The notes under the pieces were generated by a model. The model was not told the origin of the DNA, did no database searches, and saw only the letters and a program-made list of their open reading frames with translations. Shown here piece by piece: positions 28,500 through 37,393 of a DNA stretch of 64,000 nucleotides. The translations under genes were made by a program, and so were the position numbers. The first letter of the stretch is position 1. The number at the start of each line of letters is the position of its first letter. The stretch covers positions 96,001 through 160,000 of the forward strand of contig JBFWWG010000005.1 of NCBI GenBank assembly GCA_050246315.1, given 5' to 3'. Source of the DNA: Nitrospiraceae bacterium (GTDB taxonomy: Bacteria > Nitrospirota > Nitrospiria > Nitrospirales > Nitrospiraceae).

Positions 28500-29158
28500 T
28501 GGAGCGCACACTCGAAGCGGAGCTCATGGACGATCCCGAGCAGGCGGCGGCCTATGCGCGTGCTAACTTTGAGTCGGAAAATCAGGGATTCGTCGATCGG
28601 TTCCGCGAATATTTTCCGGACTTCGAAGGGGGACAGGTATTCGATCTTGGGTGCGGGCCAGGCGACATCCCCATTCGCTTTGTGCGCGCCTATCCGGGCT
28701 GCCGGGTGATTGGGGTGGATGCGTCGCGGCCCATGCTGGACCTTGCGGAACGGGCGGTGGCCGCTGCCGGATTGTCCGAACGGGTCCAACTCCACCACGA
28801 ACGAGTTCAGTCATTTCGCCCGGCAGAGCAGGCCGATGCGATTATCTCGAACAGTTTGCTGCATCATCTTCCCCATCCGCTCCAGTTTTGGCACACCCTC
28901 CGGCGGCTGGTGAAGCCGGGCGGCGCCGTCCTGGTGATGGACTTAATCCGGCCCGATTCGCCCGAAGCGGCACAGGCGATCGTCGAGACCTACGCCTCCA
29001 ACGAAGCGCCGATTCTGAAGCGGGATTTCTACCAGTCCCTATTGGCCGCTCTCACCGAAGACGAAGTGGCGGCCCAGCTCACCCAGATGAACCTGACGCG
29101 GCTGCTGATCGATGTGGTCGATGATCGGCATTGGATTGTCGGCGGCCGTGTCTTCTAG
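28496..29158 (+). CDS. Class I SAM-dependent methyltransferase
   Basis: DLGCGPG, GVDAS..ML, SNSLLHH; ATGA overlap with the MOSC gene. Confidence 0.9.
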   Translation: MMERTLEAELMDDPEQAAAYARANFESENQGFVDRFREYFPDFEGGQVFDLGCGPGDIPIRFVRAYPGCRVIGVDASRPMLDLAERAVAAAGLSERVQLHHERVQSFRPAEQADAIISNSLLHHLPHPLQFWHTLRRLVKPGGAVLVMDLIRPDSPEAAQAIVETYASNEAPILKRDFYQSLLAALTEDEVAAQLTQMNLTRLLIDVVDDRHWIVGGRVF

Positions 29159-29353
29159 TCCGCAATATTCATGAACGCTTCTGCTGCAATCGCGGATTCG
29201 CTGCTGCGACATGCCGACATCTGAAGTCGAAGGCCAAGTACCTCTCCGCGCGAGGTGATCGAACGCGGCGGTTCAAGCGTAGCTTGGTATGGCGGGCGGT
29301 CTCGCGGCGCGACTTCGCAATTTCGCGACAAATCGTCATGTACAATGCGGGCT
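29155..29353. mobile_element. MITE-like element, family B, at the methyltransferase stop codon
   Basis: ctagtccgcaatattcatgaacgcttctgctgc ... cgtcatgtacaatgcgggct. Confidence 0.75.
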
Positions 29354-29400
29354 TCCAGGGGGAATAAGCGGGAAGGTCTATCATCTTGATAGGTAGAGCG

Positions 29401-30240
29401 ATGACGCCAAATCTGGGTCCGATATGGAGCACGGTCGTGGCGCTGGCGCTGCTGGTCGTTGTGATTATGGCCGCGTCGGCCGAGGCGCAGCTCGATCGGC
29501 TACGGAAGTTCCGGTCCGAGCCGGGACCGACGCAGCCTCTGGATCAGCCGATGGTCACGATCCAGGCCGGCTCCTTTTGGATGGGGCGAGACGGAACAGA
29601 AGCGTTGGAGGACGAGCGGCCTCGGCACGAAGTCTGGCTCGACGAGTTCTCGATCGACTTGCATGAGGTCACCACGGAAGGCTATGCACGGTTTCTTGCG
29701 GACACACAACGGCAATCCCCGGCGTTTTGGGAGCAGGTGAATCTGGTGCAGCACGGCACGAGACCGGTTGTGGGCGTCTCCTGGGAGGATGCCGCCGCCT
29801 ACTGTGCATGGCGAGGGGCGCGGTTGCCGACGGAGGCCGAGTGGGAAAAGGCTGCGAGAGGGACGGACGAACGCCGCTACCCATGGGGCAATCAGAAGCC
29901 GACTTCGGATCTGGCCAATTTTGCGCTCGGCGCCCGCTTCAGTTACGAGCAGGTCTTGCTCCCGGTCGGTCAGTTTCCGAAAGGGAAGAGTCCCTACGGT
30001 GTGCAGGACATGGCGGGAAACGTGTGGGAATGGGTCTCCGATTGGTATGTAGGGAACTATTATGAAGTGAGTCCCGCGAGGAATCCGCAGGGACCCGACC
30101 AGGGACAGTTCAAAGGGCTGCGCGGAGGGTCCTGGTCCGATCTGCCGAAGTATCTGCTGACGTACGGCCGATTCAAACTGTTGCCCACCACTCGCAACAG
30201 TTTCACCGGATTTCGTTGCGCGAAATCCACCGCGCCGTAA
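29401..30240 (+). CDS. Exported FGE-sulfatase (SUMF1-like) domain protein
   Basis: Signal peptide; RLPTEAEWEKAARG, DMAGNVWEW, RGGSW, GFRCA. Confidence 0.93.
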   Translation: MTPNLGPIWSTVVALALLVVVIMAASAEAQLDRLRKFRSEPGPTQPLDQPMVTIQAGSFWMGRDGTEALEDERPRHEVWLDEFSIDLHEVTTEGYARFLADTQRQSPAFWEQVNLVQHGTRPVVGVSWEDAAAYCAWRGARLPTEAEWEKAARGTDERRYPWGNQKPTSDLANFALGARFSYEQVLLPVGQFPKGKSPYGVQDMAGNVWEWVSDWYVGNYYEVSPARNPQGPDQGQFKGLRGGSWSDLPKYLLTYGRFKLLPTTRNSFTGFRCAKSTAP

Positions 30241-30383
30241 CCCGCATTATTGATGACGGTCGTGACGAATCCGCTCGGACGCCAAGCGTTGAACCCATTG
30301 CATGTGCGACTCGTTGGATGACGCAGTCCGCAACGGGTCGCACGGCGGTTGCTGTGGAAGCGTTCATGAGTAATGCGGGTTAG
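30238..30383. mobile_element. MITE-like element, family B, at the FGE gene stop codon
   Basis: taacccgcattattgatga / tcatgagtaatgcgggtta. Confidence 0.85.
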
Positions 30384-30421
30384 GCCGTCGAACGTTGGAT
30401 CTCGACCAGCCCCGCCAGTTC

Positions 30422-31261
30422 TCAATAAAGCGTCTTGCTGACTTCTGAGGAGAGGCTGCTCTCGTTTCCTGAGAGGTCGTAAGCCGAGATGGCGAAAAAA
30501 TAGGTCTGACCTTTCGGCAAGGTGTTCAAGATGTAGGCAGTGGAGTCGCCGGTCACGAATGGGGAGCCGGCATAGCCATAGGAACCTGACGAGGTACCGA
30601 CGTAGATCTTGTAGCCGGCGAGGTCCGGCTCTCGATTGGCCTGCCAGGTCAGGGTGACGGAGCCGACGGCAATCGACGGCGGTCCTGAGGGGAGGGACGG
30701 ACTTGGTACGGGATTCGGTGTGGGACCTGGCGGAGCGACGGCCAGTGAGGGCGCGATGTCGGGAAAGCGTTTCATGAGCCCGGTCACGCCGCGAGAGGAG
30801 CCCGGTGGGGTCGGCCCTGCCCCGCCTGTCCCCGTCGAATTGCCGGTCGATGCGCCGGCGGAGGGGGAGGCGAGAAGACCGGGGGTGGGCTTGAGCGGCT
30901 GGCTGTTCGACGATGCCGGGCCGGCAGTTGCACCGCCAGTTCCTGTTTCTCTCTGCTGCGGCCCGACCGGTTCGGTCGAAGCCCGTTCGTGTGTTGTTTC
31001 ATCCGAGGCCGGTCTCTTGATGAGACTGTTCGACTGGGGTTGAATCGATGTGGCTGGGGACTCGTGAGGTGGAGTCGTCGTCTCTTGCTGCTTCCGATGC
31101 GGACGAATGAGACTGGGCCGGGAGGGCGCGCTGTCAACGGAAGGCGACACGTGCACCTGCGATTGATCCGCTGCAGGGACCGTCTGAGGGCCAAGCCAGC
31201 AGCAGAGGGTCAGGACGCCCAATGCGATGACTCCGATACCGGACCGATGTCTCGATTCCAT
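30422..31261 (-). CDS. Exported protein: long disordered Pro/Ser/Thr region + C-terminal fibronectin type III domain
   Basis: Signal peptide from MESRHRS; VTLTWQANREPDLAGYKIYVG..TYFFAISAYDLSGNES. Confidence 0.85.
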   Translation of the reverse strand: MESRHRSGIGVIALGVLTLCCWLGPQTVPAADQSQVHVSPSVDSAPSRPSLIRPHRKQQETTTPPHESPATSIQPQSNSLIKRPASDETTHERASTEPVGPQQRETGTGGATAGPASSNSQPLKPTPGLLASPSAGASTGNSTGTGGAGPTPPGSSRGVTGLMKRFPDIAPSLAVAPPGPTPNPVPSPSLPSGPPSIAVGSVTLTWQANREPDLAGYKIYVGTSSGSYGYAGSPFVTGDSTAYILNTLPKGQTYFFAISAYDLSGNESSLSSEVSKTLY

Positions 31262-31447
31262 GGACTGACTCCCAGGACAAGTTGCGTGGGTGAATGATCC
31301 GGCACAATCGGGAAGCGGTTGCGGTACGGCCTCCGACCATCCGGTAGCGTGACTGAGCCGCAGTCTAGCGAAGAACCTTCGGGTTGACCACTGATTGAGG
31401 AAATCGAGGCGGGACGAGAAGAGCCGCACGGACCGCCCTCTGCTCAA

Positions 31448-32227
31448 TTAGGCGAGGTGCGTGACCATCCATTCGGTGATCGCGTGCGTCATCTGGTTGA
31501 AGTGGTCTCCGACCGTGAACCCATGGTCGGCGCCCGGCACCACCAGTAACTGCTTGATGCCTTGCAACGAATCGAGTAATCGTTCGCTCTGTGCAAGCGG
31601 CACCAATCGATCCTGGTCGCCGTGAACGATCAAGGAAGGCAAGGCAATGTTTGAAGCGGCCATGTAGCCGTCATACCCCAGGCACTCCTCATAGAAGCGA
31701 TACTTAAGCCTGATGCGGCCGGGGTTGCCCGTTACGTCGGGGATCGTTTGGTTCCGCCGCCATTCGTCCATTCCGTTTTCACCAAACTCCAGCCGTAGCA
31801 TGGCGGGCAAGTCCGACACCGGACACTTCAGGGCGAGACAACGCAAGGTGGATGTGCGCGAGGCGCTTTGAGAAGCGGCAAGCAAGGCGATCAGCCCGCC
31901 AAAACTGGACCCCACCAGGCCGAGATCACGAAAGCCATGGGCCGAGGCCCAAGCCAGGGCGGACTGAGCCTGATCGAGCGCCAGGCCCACGGTGATGTTT
32001 TCGAACGGCCCCTCGCTCTCGCCCTGGCCGAAGAAGTCGAACCGGAGCGTCGCGATTTCTCGTTCCGTCAACAGCCGTGTCAGCGCCTTGTTCGTCGAAC
32101 TGTTCTTGTTGGACAGAAACCCGTGGCAGAGCAGAACCAATCGCTCCGTCGGCGAGGAGGGCGCGGCCAGGACCGCGGCAATCTTGTGGCCGGCCTTGTC
32201 CGTGAGTGAGTGCGAGGTCTCGTTCAT
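31448..32227 (-). CDS. Alpha/beta hydrolase
   Basis: CHGF, GSSFGG, HGDQD, GADH. Confidence 0.92.
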   Translation of the reverse strand: MNETSHSLTDKAGHKIAAVLAAPSSPTERLVLLCHGFLSNKNSSTNKALTRLLTEREIATLRFDFFGQGESEGPFENITVGLALDQAQSALAWASAHGFRDLGLVGSSFGGLIALLAASQSASRTSTLRCLALKCPVSDLPAMLRLEFGENGMDEWRRNQTIPDVTGNPGRIRLKYRFYEECLGYDGYMAASNIALPSLIVHGDQDRLVPLAQSERLLDSLQGIKQLLVVPGADHGFTVGDHFNQMTHAITEWMVTHLA

Positions 32228-32281
32228 GTCGTTTGGTGCGAGATGCGGATGGGAGTGGGATACGACGATGAAGGGGCCTCC

Positions 32282-33559
32282 TTATTCAGAGGGCCGGTGC
32301 CCCAACAGAAGGACGATCTTGGCGGTCACGATCGTCAGGCCGATCAACAGCAGGCCGAGCGTGATCCACATGGCCTGTTGGACCAGCGCATCCGACAGCG
32401 ACGCGCGCCAGGTCAGGGATGCGACGAGCGCGAGGCCGAGCGTGCCCAGACACAGGGCGGCGACCTGCAGGCTGTGCCATCGCTCCGTCACGGGGCTGAA
32501 GCTTGCGACATAGGCTCCTCGCTTCTTGGCGCTGGAGAGGCGTCGGAGGGCCAACATGTTCGGCAAGAGGTGCATCAAGCCGGCGAACAGGGTTTGCGCG
32601 AAAAAGCCGATGAAGGCCAGGTGCGTGTAGGCAACCACGTGCAGTGTGCCGAAGGGGAACAGGGGTTGCTCCCCCAGCGAATTAGTGGATGCCAAGAGCC
32701 CACCGAGGATCGCCAGCGACAGGAAGCACGATCCCAGCGCGAGTTGGTCGGACACCACTCTGTGTGGTCCGGTATCGGTCTTCCACAGTTCGACCATCGA
32801 CCAGACATAGATCAGCGAGCCGACCAGCAGGACTCCTCCTCCGGCGAGCTGGAGCGGCACCATCGCCACTCCGAATCCAGTGAGCAGCAAGGCCGTCCCG
32901 ACGACAAACAACGCCGGGCAGAGGCGCGAGACTCGACCGTGGGCACCAGGCTTCATCGGGACCGGCATCAGGTGCAGCGTCAGGCCGATCAAGGTCAGAA
33001 CGGCAAACAGCGACAGGGTGAGTTGAACATGGGCGAATCGTACCTGTGCGACAAATGCGGTCGGGATCAAGCCAAAGCAGATCGCTGCTCCCGCGCCGAT
33101 CCCGAAGAGCAGGCCGGCCAGGGAAGCCCCATAGTAAAGCGACGGCGCGAGCAACCATCCCTGTTGATCCTTGGCCAGACGCAGGGCGTCGCTTAGGAGC
33201 GCCAGCACCGGGATTACGGTGACCACCCCTGCGATGCCGACGGTTGTCCGGTGGGAGAGCCAAAAACCGATGAGCATCCCGAGCGTGCCGACATTCAGCA
33301 GGACATAGAGCCCCGGGCGAGAGGCTGGGCGCTGGCGGCCGGACGGCAAGGTCGTGGGCAGCCAGTACAGCAGCGCGCCGATCAACATTTGGAGCAGGCC
33401 GCCGATCATCCCGGCATGGACATGAATCGAACGAAGCGAGGCCGGCAAGGAGGTGCTGCGGACGAGCCCGATATAGAGTGCGAACCCCAGCAACGCGGAG
33501 AACACCAGCCAGCCCAGGCCGGTGAGGAGGAAGGCCAGCGGCCCCAAGGCACCTCTCAT
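32282..33559 (-). CDS. Polytopic membrane protein with His-bearing helices (NnrS / heme-copper oxidase subunit I-like)
   Basis: About 12 hydrophobic segments; IHVHAGMIGG, FAHVQL, YTHLAFIGF; ATGA overlap with thiD. Confidence 0.7.
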   Translation of the reverse strand: MRGALGPLAFLLTGLGWLVFSALLGFALYIGLVRSTSLPASLRSIHVHAGMIGGLLQMLIGALLYWLPTTLPSGRQRPASRPGLYVLLNVGTLGMLIGFWLSHRTTVGIAGVVTVIPVLALLSDALRLAKDQQGWLLAPSLYYGASLAGLLFGIGAGAAICFGLIPTAFVAQVRFAHVQLTLSLFAVLTLIGLTLHLMPVPMKPGAHGRVSRLCPALFVVGTALLLTGFGVAMVPLQLAGGGVLLVGSLIYVWSMVELWKTDTGPHRVVSDQLALGSCFLSLAILGGLLASTNSLGEQPLFPFGTLHVVAYTHLAFIGFFAQTLFAGLMHLLPNMLALRRLSSAKKRGAYVASFSPVTERWHSLQVAALCLGTLGLALVASLTWRASLSDALVQQAMWITLGLLLIGLTIVTAKIVLLLGHRPSE

Positions 33560-34365
33560 TGGGCGCCGTTCCCCTGAAGAAAATAGAAATGATTGGTCGG
33601 CCCCTTGCCGTGACCGATGGTCAGACTCCGTCTGATGGCCTCCGTCACATAGGTCTTTGCAGCTTGGACTGCATCCGACACGGATTTCCCGTGCGCCAGT
33701 TGCGCGGCAATCGCCGAAGCAAAGGTGCAGCCGGTGCCGTGCGTGTGGGGCGTGTCGATGAACTCGCCTGTAAAGATCTGAAAGAACCGGCCGTCGAACA
33801 AGAGGTCCGTGCCCCGCTCCGCGATGAGATGACCGCCCTTGATGAGGACGTTCCGGCATCCGAATTGCGCGATGACCTTCGCCGCCCGCCTGGCATCGGC
33901 GAGAGTCTTGATCTCAATGCCGGATAGCTGTTGCGCCTCGTGTATATTGGGCGTGACGAGCAGGGCCAAAGGAAAGAGGTCTTTCGTCAGGGCCTCCACT
34001 GCCTCGGGCTTCAAGAGGGCATGGCCGCTCTTCGAGATCATGACCGGGTCCACGACAAGCTGTCCGACTCGTTGCGGCTTGAGCAGGCTCACCACCGTGG
34101 AAATGATGGCGGCCGACGATAACATGCCGGTCTTCACGGCTGCGATCTCGAAGTCATCGAACACCGCGTCCAGTTGTGCGGCGATGATTGAGACGGGCAA
34201 CTCGAACACATCCGTAACCTCTTCGGTATTTTGGGCCGTGATGGCCGTGATGACCGAGAGAGCAAACACGCCGTTGGCGGACATCGCCTTGATATCGCCT
34301 TGGATGCCGGCGCCGCCGCCCGAATCGGACCCGGCGATGGTCAAGACCTGTTTCAACACGCTCAT
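33556..34365 (-). CDS. thiD: HMP/HMP-P kinase
   Basis: TIAGSDSGGGAGIQGDIK, VKTGML, DPVM, THGTGCT. Confidence 0.97.
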   Translation of the reverse strand: MSVLKQVLTIAGSDSGGGAGIQGDIKAMSANGVFALSVITAITAQNTEEVTDVFELPVSIIAAQLDAVFDDFEIAAVKTGMLSSAAIISTVVSLLKPQRVGQLVVDPVMISKSGHALLKPEAVEALTKDLFPLALLVTPNIHEAQQLSGIEIKTLADARRAAKVIAQFGCRNVLIKGGHLIAERGTDLLFDGRFFQIFTGEFIDTPHTHGTGCTFASAIAAQLAHGKSVSDAVQAAKTYVTEAIRRSLTIGHGKGPTNHFYFLQGNGAQ

Positions 34366-34405
34366 GGCCCCTCATCCTTGGAGACTGTTGGACGGTCGGA
34401 CGCTC

Positions 34406-34542
34406 TAACAGGTTGCGGAAGAACTCGATTTGTGTGCTTCGACAGGATCAGCACGATCGGAAATCACCAGTATAGTCAATGATCGCTCCGTTCGTCCTGA
34501 GGCTCTCGAAGGATGAACGGAGGGTTTTTCCGCAGCCTGCTA
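34406..34542. mobile_element. MITE-like element, family C ends with internal REP-like hairpin
   Basis: TIR taacaggttgcggaagaactc / gggtttttccgcagcctgcta (17/21); internal cttcgacaggatcagcacgatcgg..ccgttcgtcctgaggctctcgaag. Confidence 0.8.
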
Positions 34543-34750
34543 ATGCAGGAGGTGCGACGCTCTGCCTGCCACCTACGCAGAATTTGAAGTTCGTCAGCCT
34601 GTGTGGGGGACATTACACTCACCGGCGCGGCTCTGTCCAGCGAAGGGATTTCGATCAACCTGCCCCGTGTTCCGATGAGAACAGCTCCGGCTGAGAACGG
34701 CAGGTGAGCCTCGACCAGTCCCCCGTACTTCATCGAGCGTGAGGGGCGGA

Positions 34751-35206
34751 TCATCGCGCGATTTCGAGCTTCAGGATCGTGTTGTCGAGATAGTGCAGGC
34801 GCACCATCAAGCCTTCGCGGATGACGCCTCCTTGGCTGGCCGGCTGGTGGTAGCCGCCGGACGGCACGAAGTCGGAGTAGTGAAATCCCGCGCCGTTGAC
34901 GAAGAAGGATTCGAACCCATGGCCATCATGCATCCGGAATTCGTAGTTGGAGACGAGCCCCTCCGCGATCCGTACCTGTTGCGTCGCCAAGGCCTGAGTC
35001 AACCGGTTGTGATCCACGATCTGCCGCAGACACCAGAACACACCCATGACCATCAGCGCGATACCCACGATTCTCCAGGAGCGAGAGCCACGTTTGAAGC
35101 GAAGCGCCAGCACGACGGCACCTAGCACGAAGCCAGTGACCCCCACGATCAAGATCGGCCAAGGAAACGTCTGCCACGAAATCTCGAAGACGGTTTCGTA
35201 CTGCAT
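34751..35206 (-). CDS. Hypothetical membrane protein (2 TM + small beta domain)
   Basis: 151-aa ORF with two hydrophobic helices. Confidence 0.75.
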   Translation of the reverse strand: MQYETVFEISWQTFPWPILIVGVTGFVLGAVVLALRFKRGSRSWRIVGIALMVMGVFWCLRQIVDHNRLTQALATQQVRIAEGLVSNYEFRMHDGHGFESFFVNGAGFHYSDFVPSGGYHQPASQGGVIREGLMVRLHYLDNTILKLEIAR

Positions 35207-35242
35207 GGGGGGCGGGAGGCGTCAACTGTCAATCGTCACTGG

Positions 35243-35419
35243 TCACTCGTCCGACGTGATGACAAACTGTTCAAGAAGATCAGCCAGCGTCCGGTGGGTC
35301 TCGTGGTCCGTACGCTTCGGCCAGAAAAGCGCCAGCACCTGCTCGTGGAACAACGGTAGGCTGGACTCCGGCGCCGACTCAGCGGAAGAAGGCAAGGATG
35401 CTAGGGATAAGGTCATCAT
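35243..35419 (-). CDS. Small hypothetical protein, 58 aa (below the ORF-track cutoff)
   Basis: Manual translation MMTLSLASLPSSAESAPESSLPLFHEQVLALFWPKRTDHETHRTLADLLEQFVITSDE. Confidence 0.45.
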   Translation of the reverse strand: MMTLSLASLPSSAESAPESSLPLFHEQVLALFWPKRTDHETHRTLADLLEQFVITSDE

Positions 35420-35588
35420 GTCTTACGGGAAAGAACTCGACTCGGCTGCGGTTCTCTCATGATCGATCCGGGCGATCAGAGGTTACCATACTCGACGGTG
35501 GACAGAAAAAGGGAGGCACTTTGCTATCTGTCGTCTACTTCGCCATGTGAGAAGGCAGGGCACAGACGAAAGGCGTGGTGTCTGTGAG

Positions 35589-35921
35589 CTATCCGATTAC
35601 AAGAAAGGCTCCTTCAGCGTCTTGCCAGAAGGCATCTAGCTCCCGTCGATGGCGCCGAAGAAGGTCTTCGATCAAGGCTGTCGAGCAGCTCCCTAACCGA
35701 ATCCACACGACCTTTGGAGGATGGCCGAACAGGAAGCTGCGTTGATGAAAATCAGCGTCTTTCGTCACGATGGTGAGGTCATGCTCTGAGGCATACTGCC
35801 AAACCTCCGTGTCTGCGGCATCTTTCAAGCCGACATCCCGGACGTGCAGTGAACCTGGATATTCCTGCCGCAGCGCCTGAAGGAGCCGATGAGAAAGATT
35901 CTGATCGAGAAGCAACTTCAC
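35589..35921 (-). CDS. DUF5615 PIN-like toxin (VapC45-type)
   Basis: [33 protein letters not shown]. Confidence 0.93.
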   Translation of the reverse strand: MKLLLDQNLSHRLLQALRQEYPGSLHVRDVGLKDAADTEVWQYASEHDLTIVTKDADFHQRSFLFGHPPKVVWIRLGSCSTALIEDLLRRHRRELDAFWQDAEGAFLVIG

Positions 35922-36145
35922 GAAGAGGGGAGTGAAACGAGTTTGCGTTCACGGTCTGCGGCGAAGGCGAGGCAAGCCCGGATATCCTCGGAGGTCAGGT
36001 CGGGAAAGTCACGGAGGATTTCTTCCTCGCTCATGCCCGAAGCGAGGTATTCCAGCACATCGTAAACGGTCATGCGCAAGCCACGGATACATGGCTTGCC
36101 GCCTCGCATTTGAGGATCGATGGTGATGCGGTCTTTCCAATCCAT
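35918..36145 (-). CDS. DUF433 antitoxin
   Basis: [45 protein letters not shown]; 4-nt overlap with toxin. Confidence 0.95.
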   Translation of the reverse strand: MDWKDRITIDPQMRGGKPCIRGLRMTVYDVLEYLASGMSEEEILRDFPDLTSEDIRACLAFAADRERKLVSLPSS

Positions 36146-36263
36146 AGGGCAAAGCTTATCCGGCGGTCCAGGAAAGATCAAGCAATTGTGGGCCGTGGCA
36201 ACTGTCAGAGGTTCTACAACCAGGCACAGTAGAAAGGGTCCTGACACGTTTGTTTTGACCCCG

Positions 36264-36368
36264 GTTCAGGAGTTGTTGAGGCATTGCGACGTGAAAACGG
36301 CGATGCTCTACACCCATGTGTTGAACCGCGGACCGGCGGGAGTTCGTAGTCCGCTCGACGGGATGTAA
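36264..36368 (+). pseudogene. intI: Integron integrase, C-terminal 34 codons only
   Basis: [34 protein letters not shown] matches the IntI tail [28 protein letters not shown]. Confidence 0.88.
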
Positions 36369-36388
36369 ACGTGTCGAGGAAAGAGTAG

Positions 36389-36551
36389 GCCGACCCGCAT
36401 AACACCCCACGGATTCAAGGTCGAGAGAGGGGAACCCATTGAACACGCATCGATTCTGGCTTATTCTCTGCGCGTATCCACTGCGTGTTACACGGACAGC
36501 GAGTGGTAGATCCGACTCTTATGCGGATCGGCTTAAACATTGTTGGGGGGT
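36389..36551 (+). other. Putative attI region downstream of the intI 3' end
   Basis: gcttaaacattG/TTGGGGG core; 14-bp inverted repeat gccgacccgcataa (36389-36402) / ttatgcggatcggc (36519-36532). Confidence 0.6.
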
Positions 36552-36986
36552 ATGTTGAACGACATCGCAGCTTCACTAATTGGTTTCGCGGGCGGCCTCT
36601 TGGCAGCGCTTATCGTTGCTTGGCAACAAGCCAAGAACACGAGCACTTTGATTGCTGCTGAGCTGAACAAGCTCGATCACCAAAATCGGTCAGCTGTTCG
36701 TTCTCGTAAAGAACAATGGCTTCTAGACAGTGCGCCGGCCTTGCTTGCCGCGTCGGATCCACAACTACACGCTACGTTGGACTACTCAGCCGTTGTCACG
36801 CTCATCCACAAGATTCAGATCATCCTCAACCCTAACAATCCTCTTGAGCAGGCCATCAATCAAGCATCCTCGGATATAGGCTTCGCGGTTCAGGAGGCAA
36901 TAACCGAGAGGAGATCAGTGTCCAAGCTACTAGGGGCGCAGGACAAGCTAGTAGTGGCAGTTCGCGCTTACCTGGATGCTCCCTAA
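36552..36986 (+). CDS. Integron cassette protein: N-terminal TM helix + helical domain, unknown function
   Basis: ATG just after the GTT core; stop TAA inside the attC inverse core; visibly more AT-rich than the backbone. Confidence 0.85.
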   Translation: MLNDIAASLIGFAGGLLAALIVAWQQAKNTSTLIAAELNKLDHQNRSAVRSRKEQWLLDSAPALLAASDPQLHATLDYSAVVTLIHKIQIILNPNNPLEQAINQASSDIGFAVQEAITERRSVSKLLGAQDKLVVAVRAYLDAP

Positions 36987-37040
36987 CAATTCATTCAAGC
37001 CGAAGCCGCTTCGCGGCTCGGCTTAATTCAGGTGTTGGGT
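36981..37040 (+). other. attC: attC recombination site (60 bp)
   Basis: ccctaac-aattcattcaagccgaagccgc-ttc-gcggctcggcttaattcaggt-gttgggt: inverse core, imperfect palindrome with bulges, GTTRRRY. Confidence 0.92.
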
Positions 37041-37076
37041 CTTTAGTTACCATCGAACACCAAAAAGGAGTGTCTC

Positions 37077-37178
37077 ATGATGAGGCTATTACAATTTCTT
37101 GCGGCGCTAATATTAATGAGCACCTCAAGCACCGTTTTGGCTTTTAAAATAAGTCCGAAACTTCGAGTCAGGTCTTGA
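37077..37178 (+). pseudogene. Truncated second cassette gene (signal peptide only)
   Basis: RBS aaggag; MMRLLQFLAALILMSTSSTVLAFKISPK, then stop inside gtcaggtcttga. Confidence 0.65.
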
Positions 37179-37299
37179 TTTTGACAATTGTGGTTGGCCG
37201 AAACTGATGACATTTGGGTTTTGCGATTGGTCTCGACCGGCCGCAAGTCGAACCCCGTAGTCGGCGATACTCCTGAGCACTGCACTGCAAGCGCCGTAC

Positions 37300-37362
37300 G
37301 ACCCACCGCGGTCAAAGCACAACGGGTGGAACGTCACGAACCGTCATGAATAGTGAGGGTTG
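37300..37362. repeat. Family B MITE right end (partial)
   Basis: caacgggtggaacgtcacgaaccgtcatgaatagtgagggtt. Confidence 0.7.
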
Positions 37363-37393
37363 TAGATTGTTGTGTGTTGAACGGGTCGAACGA

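Noticed and set aside
34630..34710. TPP riboswitch-like words (ccagcgaaggga, gctgaga) upstream of thiD
   Set aside because: They are on the strand opposite thiD and in the wrong order; no complete aptamer could be built.
36120..36263. N-terminal part of the 82-aa ORF as part of the integrase
   Set aside because: It overlaps the DUF433 gene start and upstream region on the other strand; IntI similarity begins only at 36264.
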